From contig JACRCW010000036.1 in the NCBI GenBank assembly GCA_016218805.1, forward strand, positions 1-45,614: a stretch of DNA of 45,614 nt, in the 5' to 3' direction. Origin of the DNA: Deltaproteobacteria bacterium (lineage in GTDB: Bacteria > Myxococcota > JACRCW01). Below the pieces are notes generated by a model that made no database searches, was not told the origin of the DNA, and worked only from the letters and a program-made list of their open reading frames with translations. The translations under genes were made by a program, and so were the position numbers. Each line of letters starts with the position of its first letter. Position 1 is the stretch's first letter. Shown one piece after another: positions 27,406 to 39,965 of the stretch.

Positions 27406-28551
27406 ATGTCCGGGCCCCCGTCGGAGGAAAAGGGTGGTTTTGGCAACTTCACGGCGCAGAAGACCTTCCCGTGCGAGGCGTGCGGCGCGCAGCTCACGTT
27501 TGCCATTGATGCGCAGAAGCTCAAGTGCGGGCATTGCGGCGCGGAGAAGGACCTGCAGTTCCAGGAGGGTGCAAGCGTCAGCGAGCAGGACCTCAACGCC
27601 GCGCTGCAGAAACAGTCCACCCGGCGCCGGACTGCCACCGCGGCGCCCGTCACCCACGAGGTCAAGTGCACCTCGTGCGGTGCCACGGTGGCGTTCTCCG
27701 GGACGCTGACATCCACAGAATGCGCGTATTGCGGCACGCCGATTCAACGCGAGGCCGCGCACGAGGCGCAGGACCGGCTGCCGGTGGACGGGGTGTGCCC
27801 GTTTGCCGTGGAGAAGGACACCGCGCAGCGCCGCCTGCAGGACTGGGTGGGCTCGCGGTGGTTTGCGCCGGGCGATTTCAAGCAGCGCGGGGTCCACGAG
27901 CATTTCCAGGGCGTGTATATGCCGTATTTCACGTTCGATGCGATGACGCATTCGCGTTACCGCGGCGAGCGGGGTGATGCGTACTACGAGACCGAAGGCG
28001 AGGGGCAGAACAAGCGCCAGGTGCGCAAGGTGCGCTGGACGCCGAGGGCGGGGGCGCTGCGGCGCTTCTTTGACGACGTGTGCATCCCTGCGCTGCGCAG
28101 CCTGCCGCGCACGCTGCTGCAGTCCCTTGAGCCGTGGCCGCTCACCAAGCTCATCCCGTTCACCGACCAGGCGCTGGCGGGCAAGCAGGCCCACACGTAC
28201 GAACTGGAGTTGTCGGAGGGCTTTGCGGCCGCGCGCGAACGCATGGACGATGAAATCCGTTCGGATGTGCGCGGCGACATTGGCGGCGACGAGCAGCGAA
28301 TCCACGACGTCACCACCCAGTTCTCGGCGCTGACCTACAAACACGTCCTGCTGCCGATCTGGATTCTTGCCTACCGCTACCGGGAGAAGACCTACCGCGT
28401 GGTGGTCAACGCCATGACCGGGGAGGTCCAGGGCGAGCGGCCGTGGAGCGCGGTCAAGATTGCGCTGGCCGTGATTGCCGGCGCGGTGGTGGCCTACGTG
28501 TTGTTCCGCCTGGGCGGGAGCAATCCGCACGCCGTGCCCGCGCCGCGCTGA
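27406..28551 (+). CDS. Double zinc-ribbon membrane protein, partner of the SPFH gene
   Basis: CEACG/CGHCG and CTSCG/CAYCG; 'LLPIW..AYRY', 'VNAMTGEVQGERP.S'; C-terminal TM. Confidence 0.85.
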   Translation: MSGPPSEEKGGFGNFTAQKTFPCEACGAQLTFAIDAQKLKCGHCGAEKDLQFQEGASVSEQDLNAALQKQSTRRRTATAAPVTHEVKCTSCGATVAFSGTLTSTECAYCGTPIQREAAHEAQDRLPVDGVCPFAVEKDTAQRRLQDWVGSRWFAPGDFKQRGVHEHFQGVYMPYFTFDAMTHSRYRGERGDAYYETEGEGQNKRQVRKVRWTPRAGALRRFFDDVCIPALRSLPRTLLQSLEPWPLTKLIPFTDQALAGKQAHTYELELSEGFAAARERMDDEIRSDVRGDIGGDEQRIHDVTTQFSALTYKHVLLPIWILAYRYREKTYRVVVNAMTGEVQGERPWSAVKIALAVIAGAVVAYVLFRLGGSNPHAVPAPR

Positions 28552-28570
28552 GCGCTGTTTACGGCGCATG

Positions 28571-28818
28571 GTACAGACGTCTGTAGGTTCCGGCATTGAA
28601 TCTTGCACGGACGGAGCACCCACCGGACCCCGGGCTCGGCAGGAGCCTCGCCCTCCCGGCGTTGTCGTCGTCGGTGGAGCCCGCGGGGTCGCGAGCCTCC
28701 TGAGCCCATCCCAGCGCTGCCGTCGTGGATGGAGCGCCCCGGGAGGGCGAGCCTCCTGGCGAGCCCGCGGCAGCGCGTAGGCCGTGCGGTGATCCCGGGT
28801 TTCCAATGACGTCTGTAC
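28571..28818. repeat. REP doublet / MITE-like element: inverted 26-bp REPs bracketed by an 11-bp inverted repeat
   Basis: GGGCTCGGCAGGAGCCTCGCCCTCCC (28632-28657) versus an inverted copy at 28741-28766 (2 mismatches); GTACAGACGTC (28571) versus GACGTCTGTAC (28808). Confidence 0.8.
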
Positions 28819-28927
28819 GGATTCCCACCGATCCACGCGCGCGTGACGGCGACCCATCACGCCGCTCCCGGCGCCCGGAATTCCCGTGAATGGATGGCCA
28901 GTAAACCCGTGCAATTCGCGCCGGCAA

Positions 28928-29890
28928 TCACCACGCCAGGCTGGTTGATGGGCGCCCCAAGGCTGCCGGGGCGGTGGCCGCGCCACCCGGCTCATCCACG
29001 GCGGCGCTTGCCGTCTGGATGCGCGTGGTGAAGAACGGCGGGCTGAAGTCCCGGCCCAGCGCCAGGTCCACCAGGTACCAGGCGGGCAATACCGCCGCGC
29101 TCCCGAGCGCGGACAGCGACGCGAGACAGCACCCGACGCTGGAGCACCAACTGGAGACCCACGCCGTGGTCAACTGCCCGGTGGTGCTGGTGCTGCTGCC
29201 GCTGCTGGTAGGTTGTGCAAAAGCGCTCCACGCGGCGCAGAACAACCAACCCACGCCGCACATGCCCACCGCGCCCAGGCCACTGACCGCGGCCGCGCCC
29301 AGCAGGGACGCCTCCAGCACCACCAGGCGCCCAAACCGGGTGCTGCGGCGGATGGCCCGCTCCTCGGCCTCCTCCTCCGCCAGCACCTTGCTGCGCGTGC
29401 GGCGGGGTGGCTCGGCGGTCTCACGTTCCTCCGGCGGCGCCTCCACGCCCAGCGCGGTGGCCACGCGGGGGCCAAACCGCTTTCCCAGCTTGCGGGCCGC
29501 GCCGCCCCACGGGTCCTCCTCCAGCAGGTCCACCAGCTGTGCGTAATCCGCCGCCATGACGTGGTCCTGCGCGTCATACAGCAGCGCCTGCAGGCGTTCC
29601 GCGCCCGGCTTGCCGGACGCGCGCACCGCCAGCACAAAACGCGTCTTTTCCGCGGCGGCCATCGTTTCCAGGCATTCCGGCTGGGCGCAGGGCGGGCCCT
29701 CCACCAGCCGGATGCGCACGGTCCCGGTGCGCGCGGTCTCCGCCCACAGTGCGTCTTCCACCAGGCGGGCGTTCTCCGGCGTCATGTTCTCAGCCACCAG
29801 CGGCGCCACGGTGGCCACCGGCCCCGCCTGGGCCAGCAGCACCCGGGGGACGCACAGGCTCATCAGCAACCACGGACCGGGTTGGCGCAT
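28928..29890 (-). CDS. Hypothetical secreted/membrane protein
   Basis: Signal-like N-terminus, 'CAQPECL' motif, C-terminal Cys-rich hydrophobic segments. Confidence 0.65.
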   Translation of the reverse strand: MRQPGPWLLMSLCVPRVLLAQAGPVATVAPLVAENMTPENARLVEDALWAETARTGTVRIRLVEGPPCAQPECLETMAAAEKTRFVLAVRASGKPGAERLQALLYDAQDHVMAADYAQLVDLLEEDPWGGAARKLGKRFGPRVATALGVEAPPEERETAEPPRRTRSKVLAEEEAEERAIRRSTRFGRLVVLEASLLGAAAVSGLGAVGMCGVGWLFCAAWSAFAQPTSSGSSTSTTGQLTTAWVSSWCSSVGCCLASLSALGSAAVLPAWYLVDLALGRDFSPPFFTTRIQTASAAVDEPGGAATAPAALGRPSTSLAW

Positions 29891-30018
29891 GCAGTGCTCC
29901 TGGGCGCTCAGCAACGGGGAGGTACCGGGGGCGGGCGTAGAAACGCCAAAACCCATCCATTCACGCAGGGCGGCCGCCGGTCCCGGAATGAGCGGGAACC
30001 GGCACGGCCGCGGCCTGC

Positions 30019-31086
30019 TCACTTCTTCTTCTTCTTCTTCTTCTTGCCCTCATCCGCCGCGGCGGCTTCCGGTTCGGCGGCCTTCTCGGCCGGGGCGGCG
30101 GCCGGTTGCGCTGCCGGGGCGGCAGCGGTCTGCGCGGGAGCCGGTTCGGCGGCGGGTGCCGCTGCGGGTGCGGCGGCGGGCTGGGCTGCCGGCTGTTCTG
30201 CCGCGGGCGCGGGCACGGGCTCCGCTGCCGCCTGCGGCTTGGACTCCGTGGCGTCCTCGTCCGCCTTCTTCTTCTTCTTCTTCTTGGGCTCGCCCTCGTC
30301 GCCCTCGCCGGAGTCTTCCACGCCCAGTTCGCGGGACTTCTCCAGTTTCCCGTCCTTGAAGGTCTCCATGAAGATGCGCAGCTTGGTGCGCAGTTCAAAG
30401 TTCTCCACCTTGGTGGGCGCGCCCGCGTCATTCATTTCCACCGGCACGCCAAACACGCGGAAGATCCACGTGCCGCGGTTGGCGTCCAGCATCTCCTTGT
30501 CCTCCAGGGTGCTGACGGGGAAGAAGACCCAGAAGTCCTTGGTCTCGCCGGGCGTGACCTCTGAGTTGCGGGACAGCATGTGAATCTTGCCGTTGAGCTT
30601 GTTGACGGCGTTGTTGATCTTCCCCACGTTGTTGCAGCCCCACAGGCCGCCGAGCTGGTCCTTCATGGTCTCCACGTACGTCGGCTCGTACAGGGTCCCG
30701 TTGGGGTCCTTGAGCCGCACGGTGACCATGTTCATCCGGATCACCTTGCTGACGTTGTTGGTGATGGTGAACTGGCGCCACACACCCACGGCAAACGCCG
30801 CCAGGTTGACCTGTTCCACCACCGGGTCACCCTTGAACGAGTTACCCTTGGAGTCCGTGACGACGTGGTGGACCGCGTCCCCGTTCTGGTCGCACTTGAC
30901 CAGCTCCGTCTTCACGACGGGGACTTCCTTCTCCGTCAGCTCCACAATGACGCCGCTCTTCTCCTGCTTGTACTCCTTCTCGTCCCAGGGCTCCCACTGC
31001 AGCCGCACGTTCTTCTTGATGGTGGGACCGCAACCGGTGACCACGGCCACCAGCGCCAACGTGAGAAACTCGCGAGCCAGTCTCAT
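30019..31086 (-). CDS. Lipoprotein with Ala/Pro/Glu-rich tail and two poly-Lys tracts
   Basis: 'LALVAVVTGC' lipobox; GGAGG RBS; an internal KKKKKKK tract and another at the C-terminus. Confidence 0.8.
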   Translation of the reverse strand: MRLAREFLTLALVAVVTGCGPTIKKNVRLQWEPWDEKEYKQEKSGVIVELTEKEVPVVKTELVKCDQNGDAVHHVVTDSKGNSFKGDPVVEQVNLAAFAVGVWRQFTITNNVSKVIRMNMVTVRLKDPNGTLYEPTYVETMKDQLGGLWGCNNVGKINNAVNKLNGKIHMLSRNSEVTPGETKDFWVFFPVSTLEDKEMLDANRGTWIFRVFGVPVEMNDAGAPTKVENFELRTKLRIFMETFKDGKLEKSRELGVEDSGEGDEGEPKKKKKKKADEDATESKPQAAAEPVPAPAAEQPAAQPAAAPAAAPAAEPAPAQTAAAPAAQPAAAPAEKAAEPEAAAADEGKKKKKKKK

Positions 31087-31327
31087 CTGCCGACCTCCAC
31101 AAGCGCGCCCGTGTGGCGCCGTTATGGCCGCAGGACCATGGGCGTGCAGAATCAGGTTGATTCGCCATTGCCGATGGGTCACGGCCCAATTGGACCGGCT
31201 AGGGCTTAGGCGGCGGGGTCCCGTCGTGTCAACGCTGGAGGTCGCGTCGGGGCGCGCTGCACAAGGGGACCGGCGTCCCGGTTGGTTCGGCCGGCCCAGG
31301 CCCCCCCAAACCCGCGGCGGGCGGGCG

Positions 31328-32233
31328 TCACGGTCCCGGGACGGCCGCACTCAATTCCGGCGAATAGACGACCTTGGCGGATTCAAGCAGTTGTTTCTCG
31401 CGCTCTGCCCGCGCGGCCTGTGCCTTGCGCGCGGACAGCAGGGCGGTGAGCGCGCTGCGCTCGGTCTCAAATGTGATCGTCGGGTCCGCCTTCTTGTCCA
31501 CCAGCTGGATGACCCAGAAGCGCGCTCCGGTTCCGGTGATGACGTCGCTCACGGCGCCGGCTGCGAGGTGTTCCACGGTGTCACGCCAGGGCTCCGGCAG
31601 TTGCTCCCAGCGCAGGTAGCCCAGGTCCCATGGCCGGTCCGCCGCCGCAGGAATCTGCCCGAATTCCCCCGCCGCCACCTCGTCAAAGGGGGTGCCGCCG
31701 CGGAGGCGTGCCAGCAGCGGTTCCAGCTCCGCCGCGGATTTCTTGAGCAGTTGCCGGACGTGGTAGCGGGACTGCAGACGGGTTGCGTTGCGCTGGAAGT
31801 ACTCCCGGACCTCCCCCTCGGATGCGGCCGCATCCGTGCCGCCCGGGCGCTGGGTCCACAGTCTGGCCAGTTCCTCGCGGCGGAAGGCGGCCAGCTCTGC
31901 CTCGCGCTGGCGCAGCCGCTCCTGGTACCCGGCGTCCTGGTCCAGGCCCAGCGCCAGCGCCTGCTGCGCCAGGATCTCCTGGCGCACCACCGGCGCCAAC
32001 GCGTTGCGTGTGTCCTCGGCGGAAAGCGCGGCTTCCCCGTTCACCTTGTTGCGCCGGAGCCAGTGCTGCAGGTCATGGCGCGTGAGCCGCTGTCCGTTCA
32101 CCGTGACCAGCGCTGGCGCGGCGGGAGGGGCGCCCGCCGGGCGGGCCTCCGCGCCCGGACGGCAGCACAGGAGCGCGGGTAAGAACGCCAAAAGCGGTGC
32201 AAGACGGACCGCGCGCGGATGGGCAAGGTACAT
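31328..32233 (-). CDS. PpiC/parvulin-type peptidyl-prolyl isomerase (SurA/PrsA-like)
   Basis: 'LVTVNGQRLT', 'EILAQQALALGLD', 'YHVRQLL', 'PFDEVA', 'DLGYL', 'VSDVI', 'FWVIQL'. Confidence 0.85.
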   Translation of the reverse strand: MYLAHPRAVRLAPLLAFLPALLCCRPGAEARPAGAPPAAPALVTVNGQRLTRHDLQHWLRRNKVNGEAALSAEDTRNALAPVVRQEILAQQALALGLDQDAGYQERLRQREAELAAFRREELARLWTQRPGGTDAAASEGEVREYFQRNATRLQSRYHVRQLLKKSAAELEPLLARLRGGTPFDEVAAGEFGQIPAAADRPWDLGYLRWEQLPEPWRDTVEHLAAGAVSDVITGTGARFWVIQLVDKKADPTITFETERSALTALLSARKAQAARAEREKQLLESAKVVYSPELSAAVPGP

Positions 32234-32386
32234 GGGTTCACCCGGGGAGAATGCTTGGTGGGCCGGCCGCCGGGCGGCACGCCAGGGCGCCGTCCGTTCG
32301 GCCGGAGGGGGAGACTGGTACTACCGGGGACGGTGGCCGTGGCAAGCGCCGCCGGCCGGCGGGGATGGACGGGATTGCGCCCGGGG

Positions 32387-32423
32387 AAAGGGGGCGGCGT
32401 CTGGTCACGCCGCCCCCCTTTTT
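32387..32423. terminator. Intrinsic terminator-like hairpin just downstream of the cytochrome gene
   Basis: AAA-GGGGGCGGCGT-CTGGTC-ACGCCGCCCCC-CTTTTT, 25 nt after the stop. Confidence 0.7.
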
Positions 32424-32448
32424 CAGCCCGGGGTGTTGCTCAGCCCTC

Positions 32449-35835
<3,387 letters not shown>

Positions 35836-36566
35836 CTACCTGCGGGCGAGGAATGCGCGCCCGCAACCGCCCCGCGGACGAAAAGACTGCACGATCAGCC
35901 GCGCCGCACGGAAGAAACGTATGCCGGGGCGTGCGTGATGTGCGCTGAGGCGTTGTCGGAAGCATCAGCGTCGAAACCAATGCGTGAGGACAAGCGCCGC
36001 CGTAGTTGCGCAATCCAGCGTGCGTCGCGCCGGGCAAACGGCAGGTTGTGCTGTGGCGGTGGCGCGCCCGCAGGGTGATCTCACGCGAGGCGGATTCGAT
36101 CCTGAGCAACCGGGAGAGCGAGGAATTGTGGCGCGGAGCAAACGGAGGCCCGCTCCACGACGCCCTCGACGACGGAGCGCAGCGACGTCGGCGAGGGGGG
36201 TCCGCTGCCACCGTCTTCCCCGGGCGGCACCAACCCCGGGGGGGGGCCCCCCCCCCCCGGCGACGGAGGCCGCCGCCCGGCCGCCCCCCCCCAAAAGGGG
36301 GCGGGTACGCATGCACGCAAAGCGTGCATGCAGTTCGGACGTGGCATTCGTAGAACAGATGCCGGCTCAGACTTGGATCCGCCTCGATCTCACGTGATCG
36401 CGGTGGACGCGCTCGCTCGCTGTTGGGTGGCGTCTGACAGCGCGCGCCCGTGGCCGCCGCGGCCGTCGTCGGCCGGCGCAGAAAGCGCAAATGAGACGCC
36501 GCGGCGGCTTGACGTGCACGCGGGGACGGAGAAGCCTGCGCGGCCCCAATCATTGGAGGTTGACCC

Positions 36567-38207
36567 ATGAAGGCACGCACGCTGGTTGCGCTGTTGTCGG
36601 TTGTGGTGGCGACGGGTTGTCCGCCACCACCCAAGAGCGGGTGCGCAGACGACGCGGACTGCGACCCCGGCTTCATCTGTGGCGAAGACGGCGAATGCGC
36701 GGCCATTGGCGGCGGTTCCTCCAGCGGCTCCACCGCGAGCGGTTCGTCCGCCGCGTCCGTCTCGTCCAGCCGGGCGGCCGCCTCCTCGTCGTCGCACGCG
36801 CAGTCCGCATCGGCCTCGTCCGCCGCGGACTCGTCCTCGGCAGCGTCCGCGTCCACGGCATCCTCCATGTCCACGGCATCGTCGCTGCCGGCGGCCTCCT
36901 CCTCCGCGGCGGCCACCTCCGCTGGCGCAACTTCCCAGTTCGTCTCCTCCTCGCTGGCGCCGCCGTCGTCCTCTGCGGGTGTCACGCCGCCTGCCAACGA
37001 CGCGTGTCCGGGAGCCACCGTGGTGGACCTGTCCAGCGGCACCGCAGTGCTCCCCGCGGCGCTGGCCGGCGCCGGCCAGGACAGCTCGCTCGGCTGCGAA
37101 TCCGGCCACGCGCCCTTGGACGGCGCGGATGTGTTCTTCACCTTCACGCTGACCGAAGCGCGGCTGGTCGACGTGAGCCTGGTCGGGCCCGCGGGTTCGG
37201 CGGAGCTTGGACTGGTGCTTGCGGACGGTGCGTGCGGGAGCCTGGAACTCGCCGCGTGCACCACGGACCTTGCGCACAGTGGGACCACCACGCTGTCACC
37301 GCGGCTGCTTGCCGCGGGTACGTGGTGGATCATTGTGGATGCGCGGGGCGCCGCGGCGGATGCCACCTTGACGGTGCATTCCGCCGTTGTGCCCAGCGGG
37401 GAGACGTGCGGCACCGCGCTGCCATTGGATGTCACGCACAAGGGCGGCACCGTGGAAGGTGACCTCAACGGGCACTCGGATGACGTGGCGCTCGGCTGCG
37501 AGTCCGGGCACCAGGCGCCGTGGGGGCCGGACCTGTATTTTGAGATCACGCTGTCAGAGCGCCGCGTCCTGTCGTTCTCGCTGGTCACCACGGCCACCGC
37601 CTCTGAACTGGGCCTCATCATGCTCAATGGTGCGTGCGGCTCGCAGTCGCTCGCGCGGTGTTCCACGGATCTCGCCCGTGACGGCCTGGTGTCGCTTGAG
37701 CCGGTCATCTACCCGGCGGGGACGTATCGTGTCGTCGTGGATTCGCGCTACGCGGGTGCGGGTGCCATGCCGTTCACGCTGACCGTGGACAGCACGCCGG
37801 TCCCGGATGGCGCCACCTGCGCGGGAGCGGTGGCGCTGTCCGTGTCCGCCAGCGCCACCACCATGACGGGGGACCTGGCCTTGCACACCGCGGATGCCAG
37901 CCCCGGCTGCGAATCCGCCCAGGAGGCGCTGTGGGGCCCGGAGATCTTCTACACGTTCACATTGGACCAGGCGGCCACCGTCACCGCCACGCTGGATACG
38001 ACGGCAACCGCTTCAGAGCTGGGGCTGGTGCTGTCCCAGGGCGCGTGCCCGGGGCCGTCACTGCTCACGTGCGCCACCGACTGGCAGCGCGACGGGTCAA
38101 CCTCCGTCAGCCGGGCGCTCAGTGTGGGCACGTACGTGCTTTCCGTTGACAGCCGGTTCCGCGGCGTGTCCATGCCGTACACGCTGTCCGTGCAGGCGGT
38201 GCCCTGA
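36567..38207 (+). CDS. Lipoprotein with Cys-rich motif, Ser-rich linker and three PPC-like repeats
   Basis: 'VVVATGC'; 'CADDADCDPGFIC'; three units of 'GCES......G(A/P)(D/E)..(F/Y)..TL...ASELGL.L..GAC'; GGAGG RBS. Confidence 0.82.
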   Translation: MKARTLVALLSVVVATGCPPPPKSGCADDADCDPGFICGEDGECAAIGGGSSSGSTASGSSAASVSSSRAAASSSSHAQSASASSAADSSSAASASTASSMSTASSLPAASSSAAATSAGATSQFVSSSLAPPSSSAGVTPPANDACPGATVVDLSSGTAVLPAALAGAGQDSSLGCESGHAPLDGADVFFTFTLTEARLVDVSLVGPAGSAELGLVLADGACGSLELAACTTDLAHSGTTTLSPRLLAAGTWWIIVDARGAAADATLTVHSAVVPSGETCGTALPLDVTHKGGTVEGDLNGHSDDVALGCESGHQAPWGPDLYFEITLSERRVLSFSLVTTATASELGLIMLNGACGSQSLARCSTDLARDGLVSLEPVIYPAGTYRVVVDSRYAGAGAMPFTLTVDSTPVPDGATCAGAVALSVSASATTMTGDLALHTADASPGCESAQEALWGPEIFYTFTLDQAATVTATLDTTATASELGLVLSQGACPGPSLLTCATDWQRDGSTSVSRALSVGTYVLSVDSRFRGVSMPYTLSVQAVP

Positions 38208-38213
38208 GTCGCG

Positions 38214-39854
38214 TCACAGCACCCGGCGGACGGCCGCGTCCAACTCGCCATCGCTGATGGCACCGGATTTCATGAAACGGATGGTGCCGGTCCGGTCCAC
38301 CAGCACGTGGTGGGGCGTGGGGCCGATGCCCAGCTCGCGGCTGTAGCGGTCCGCCGGGTCCAGCAGGATGTGCTCGGGGGAAAGCCCGTATTCCTGCGCC
38401 CACGCCAGGCCGTCCGCCGCGGACGCAAAGCGCCGCCGCTCCGGCCCATTGAGCACCGTCACAAACCGCACCGCGTTGAATCGCCCAGATAGCGCGGCTT
38501 GCCGGCGGGCGTATTCGCGGCTGCGCGCGCACTGCGGCGACGCAAAGGTGAGCCACACCGCGGTCCGGCCGCGGAAGCCGCTGAGGAGCACGCGTTCGCC
38601 ACGCGCATTGAGGGCGTCCACCTCGGGCGCCTCCTGGTCCAGCAGCGCCGGGTTGCGGAAGGACCGCGCTTCCGCCGTGCGGCGCCCGGTCTCCTGCGCG
38701 CGCGCGGCACCCGTCACCACCTGACCCAGCATCTTGAACGGATCCACCGACGTGTTGTTGTTGTTGTTGTTGGCGGCGGCGACCGGGCCCGGCGCCGGGC
38801 GTTGTTCCGCGGGCCGCGTCCCGTCCATCCGCTCCAACTGTTCCCGTGCATGCTGGCTGCCAGCCGCGGCGGCGCGGCCGTACCAGTGGCGTGCCGCCGC
38901 CTCGTCGCGCGGGACGCGGTTGGCGTGGTGGTACTCGCCGGCCAGCGCGGTCATCGCGTGCGTATCGCCGTGCTCGGCCGCGCGGACATACCAGCGCAGC
39001 CCCTCAGGAACATTGGCGGCAATTCCCTGGCCGTTGATCAGGTGCCAGCCCACCTCACGCTCCGCCTTGACGTGCTGGTGCGCCGCCGCCTGGTGATACC
39101 AGGCCAGCGCATTGCGGCGGTCCTCCCGGACCACTGAGCCACGGGCGTACGTTTCACCCAGTTGGAACGCCGCGTCGGCGCTGCCGGCCTCCGCCGCCCG
39201 GCGCAACCAGTACAGCCCGGCGCCCACGTCACGCTTCACCATCAGGCCCTGGCACAGGTACGCGCCCAGCTGCAGTTGCGCCGCGGTGTCACCCGCGCGC
39301 GCGCCGCGTTCCAACTCCTCCCACCGCTCCCGGAAAGCGGCCTTGTTGGTGACCACCTGCTGCCCCAGCCGCATCCACGCGCCCAGCCCGCCGGAGGACG
39401 CCGGTTCAGTCTGCTCCGGCGCCAACCAGCCCGGGGCGGGCACCGCCGTGGCCGCTTCCGGCACCACGGGCACAGCAAAGTCCGTATTTGCAGTGCTTAC
39501 CCGGTCGCCGGAGACCCATCCCGCGCCGTCACGCAACAGGGCCGGCAGCGGCCGGGCCACCGTGGAGCCCAGCAGCGCCAGCGTGCAGGTGCCGCCCAGC
39601 CACCACGTCACCGCCAGCCGCCGCCCAAACGTCCCAGGCGCGCGCCCCGGCCCCCGTGCACCGCGCTTGGCCAGCCACACCGGCAGCCCCAGGACCAGGG
39701 CGCCGGCTACGCACGCCCACGCCACCCGCAGCGCGGAATCACCCACCGCGCCGCGCGCGCGCTCCAGTGACGTTGTCACCAGGCCGGTCAGCGCCAGCGC
39801 GGCGGCGGCGGACAACGCCAGTCCGGTCCACAGCATCACCGCACGCGCACGCAT
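38214..39854 (-). CDS. Membrane protein with Sel1-like repeats and a C-terminal TlpA/redoxin-like domain
   Basis: N-terminal TMs; 'AQLQLG..L.QG', 'WLRRAAEAGSADAAFQLG', 'WY.RAAEHGD'; 'APEV...GERVLLSGFRGR...FASPQCARS...TPHHVLVDRTGTIRF'. Confidence 0.82.
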   Translation of the reverse strand: MRARAVMLWTGLALSAAAALALTGLVTTSLERARGAVGDSALRVAWACVAGALVLGLPVWLAKRGARGPGRAPGTFGRRLAVTWWLGGTCTLALLGSTVARPLPALLRDGAGWVSGDRVSTANTDFAVPVVPEAATAVPAPGWLAPEQTEPASSGGLGAWMRLGQQVVTNKAAFRERWEELERGARAGDTAAQLQLGAYLCQGLMVKRDVGAGLYWLRRAAEAGSADAAFQLGETYARGSVVREDRRNALAWYHQAAAHQHVKAEREVGWHLINGQGIAANVPEGLRWYVRAAEHGDTHAMTALAGEYHHANRVPRDEAAARHWYGRAAAAGSQHAREQLERMDGTRPAEQRPAPGPVAAANNNNNNTSVDPFKMLGQVVTGAARAQETGRRTAEARSFRNPALLDQEAPEVDALNARGERVLLSGFRGRTAVWLTFASPQCARSREYARRQAALSGRFNAVRFVTVLNGPERRRFASAADGLAWAQEYGLSPEHILLDPADRYSRELGIGPTPHHVLVDRTGTIRFMKSGAISDGELDAAVRRVL

Positions 39855-39965
39855 CCGCCGCTCCCGCTGCCCGCCCCGGGGTGCAGTGGTAGACGCCGGC
39901 GCGCGTGCCGTCCACCGGACGGGGTGGCGCTGCACCGGTTTGCAGCAGTTACGCGCGCGCGGGCA

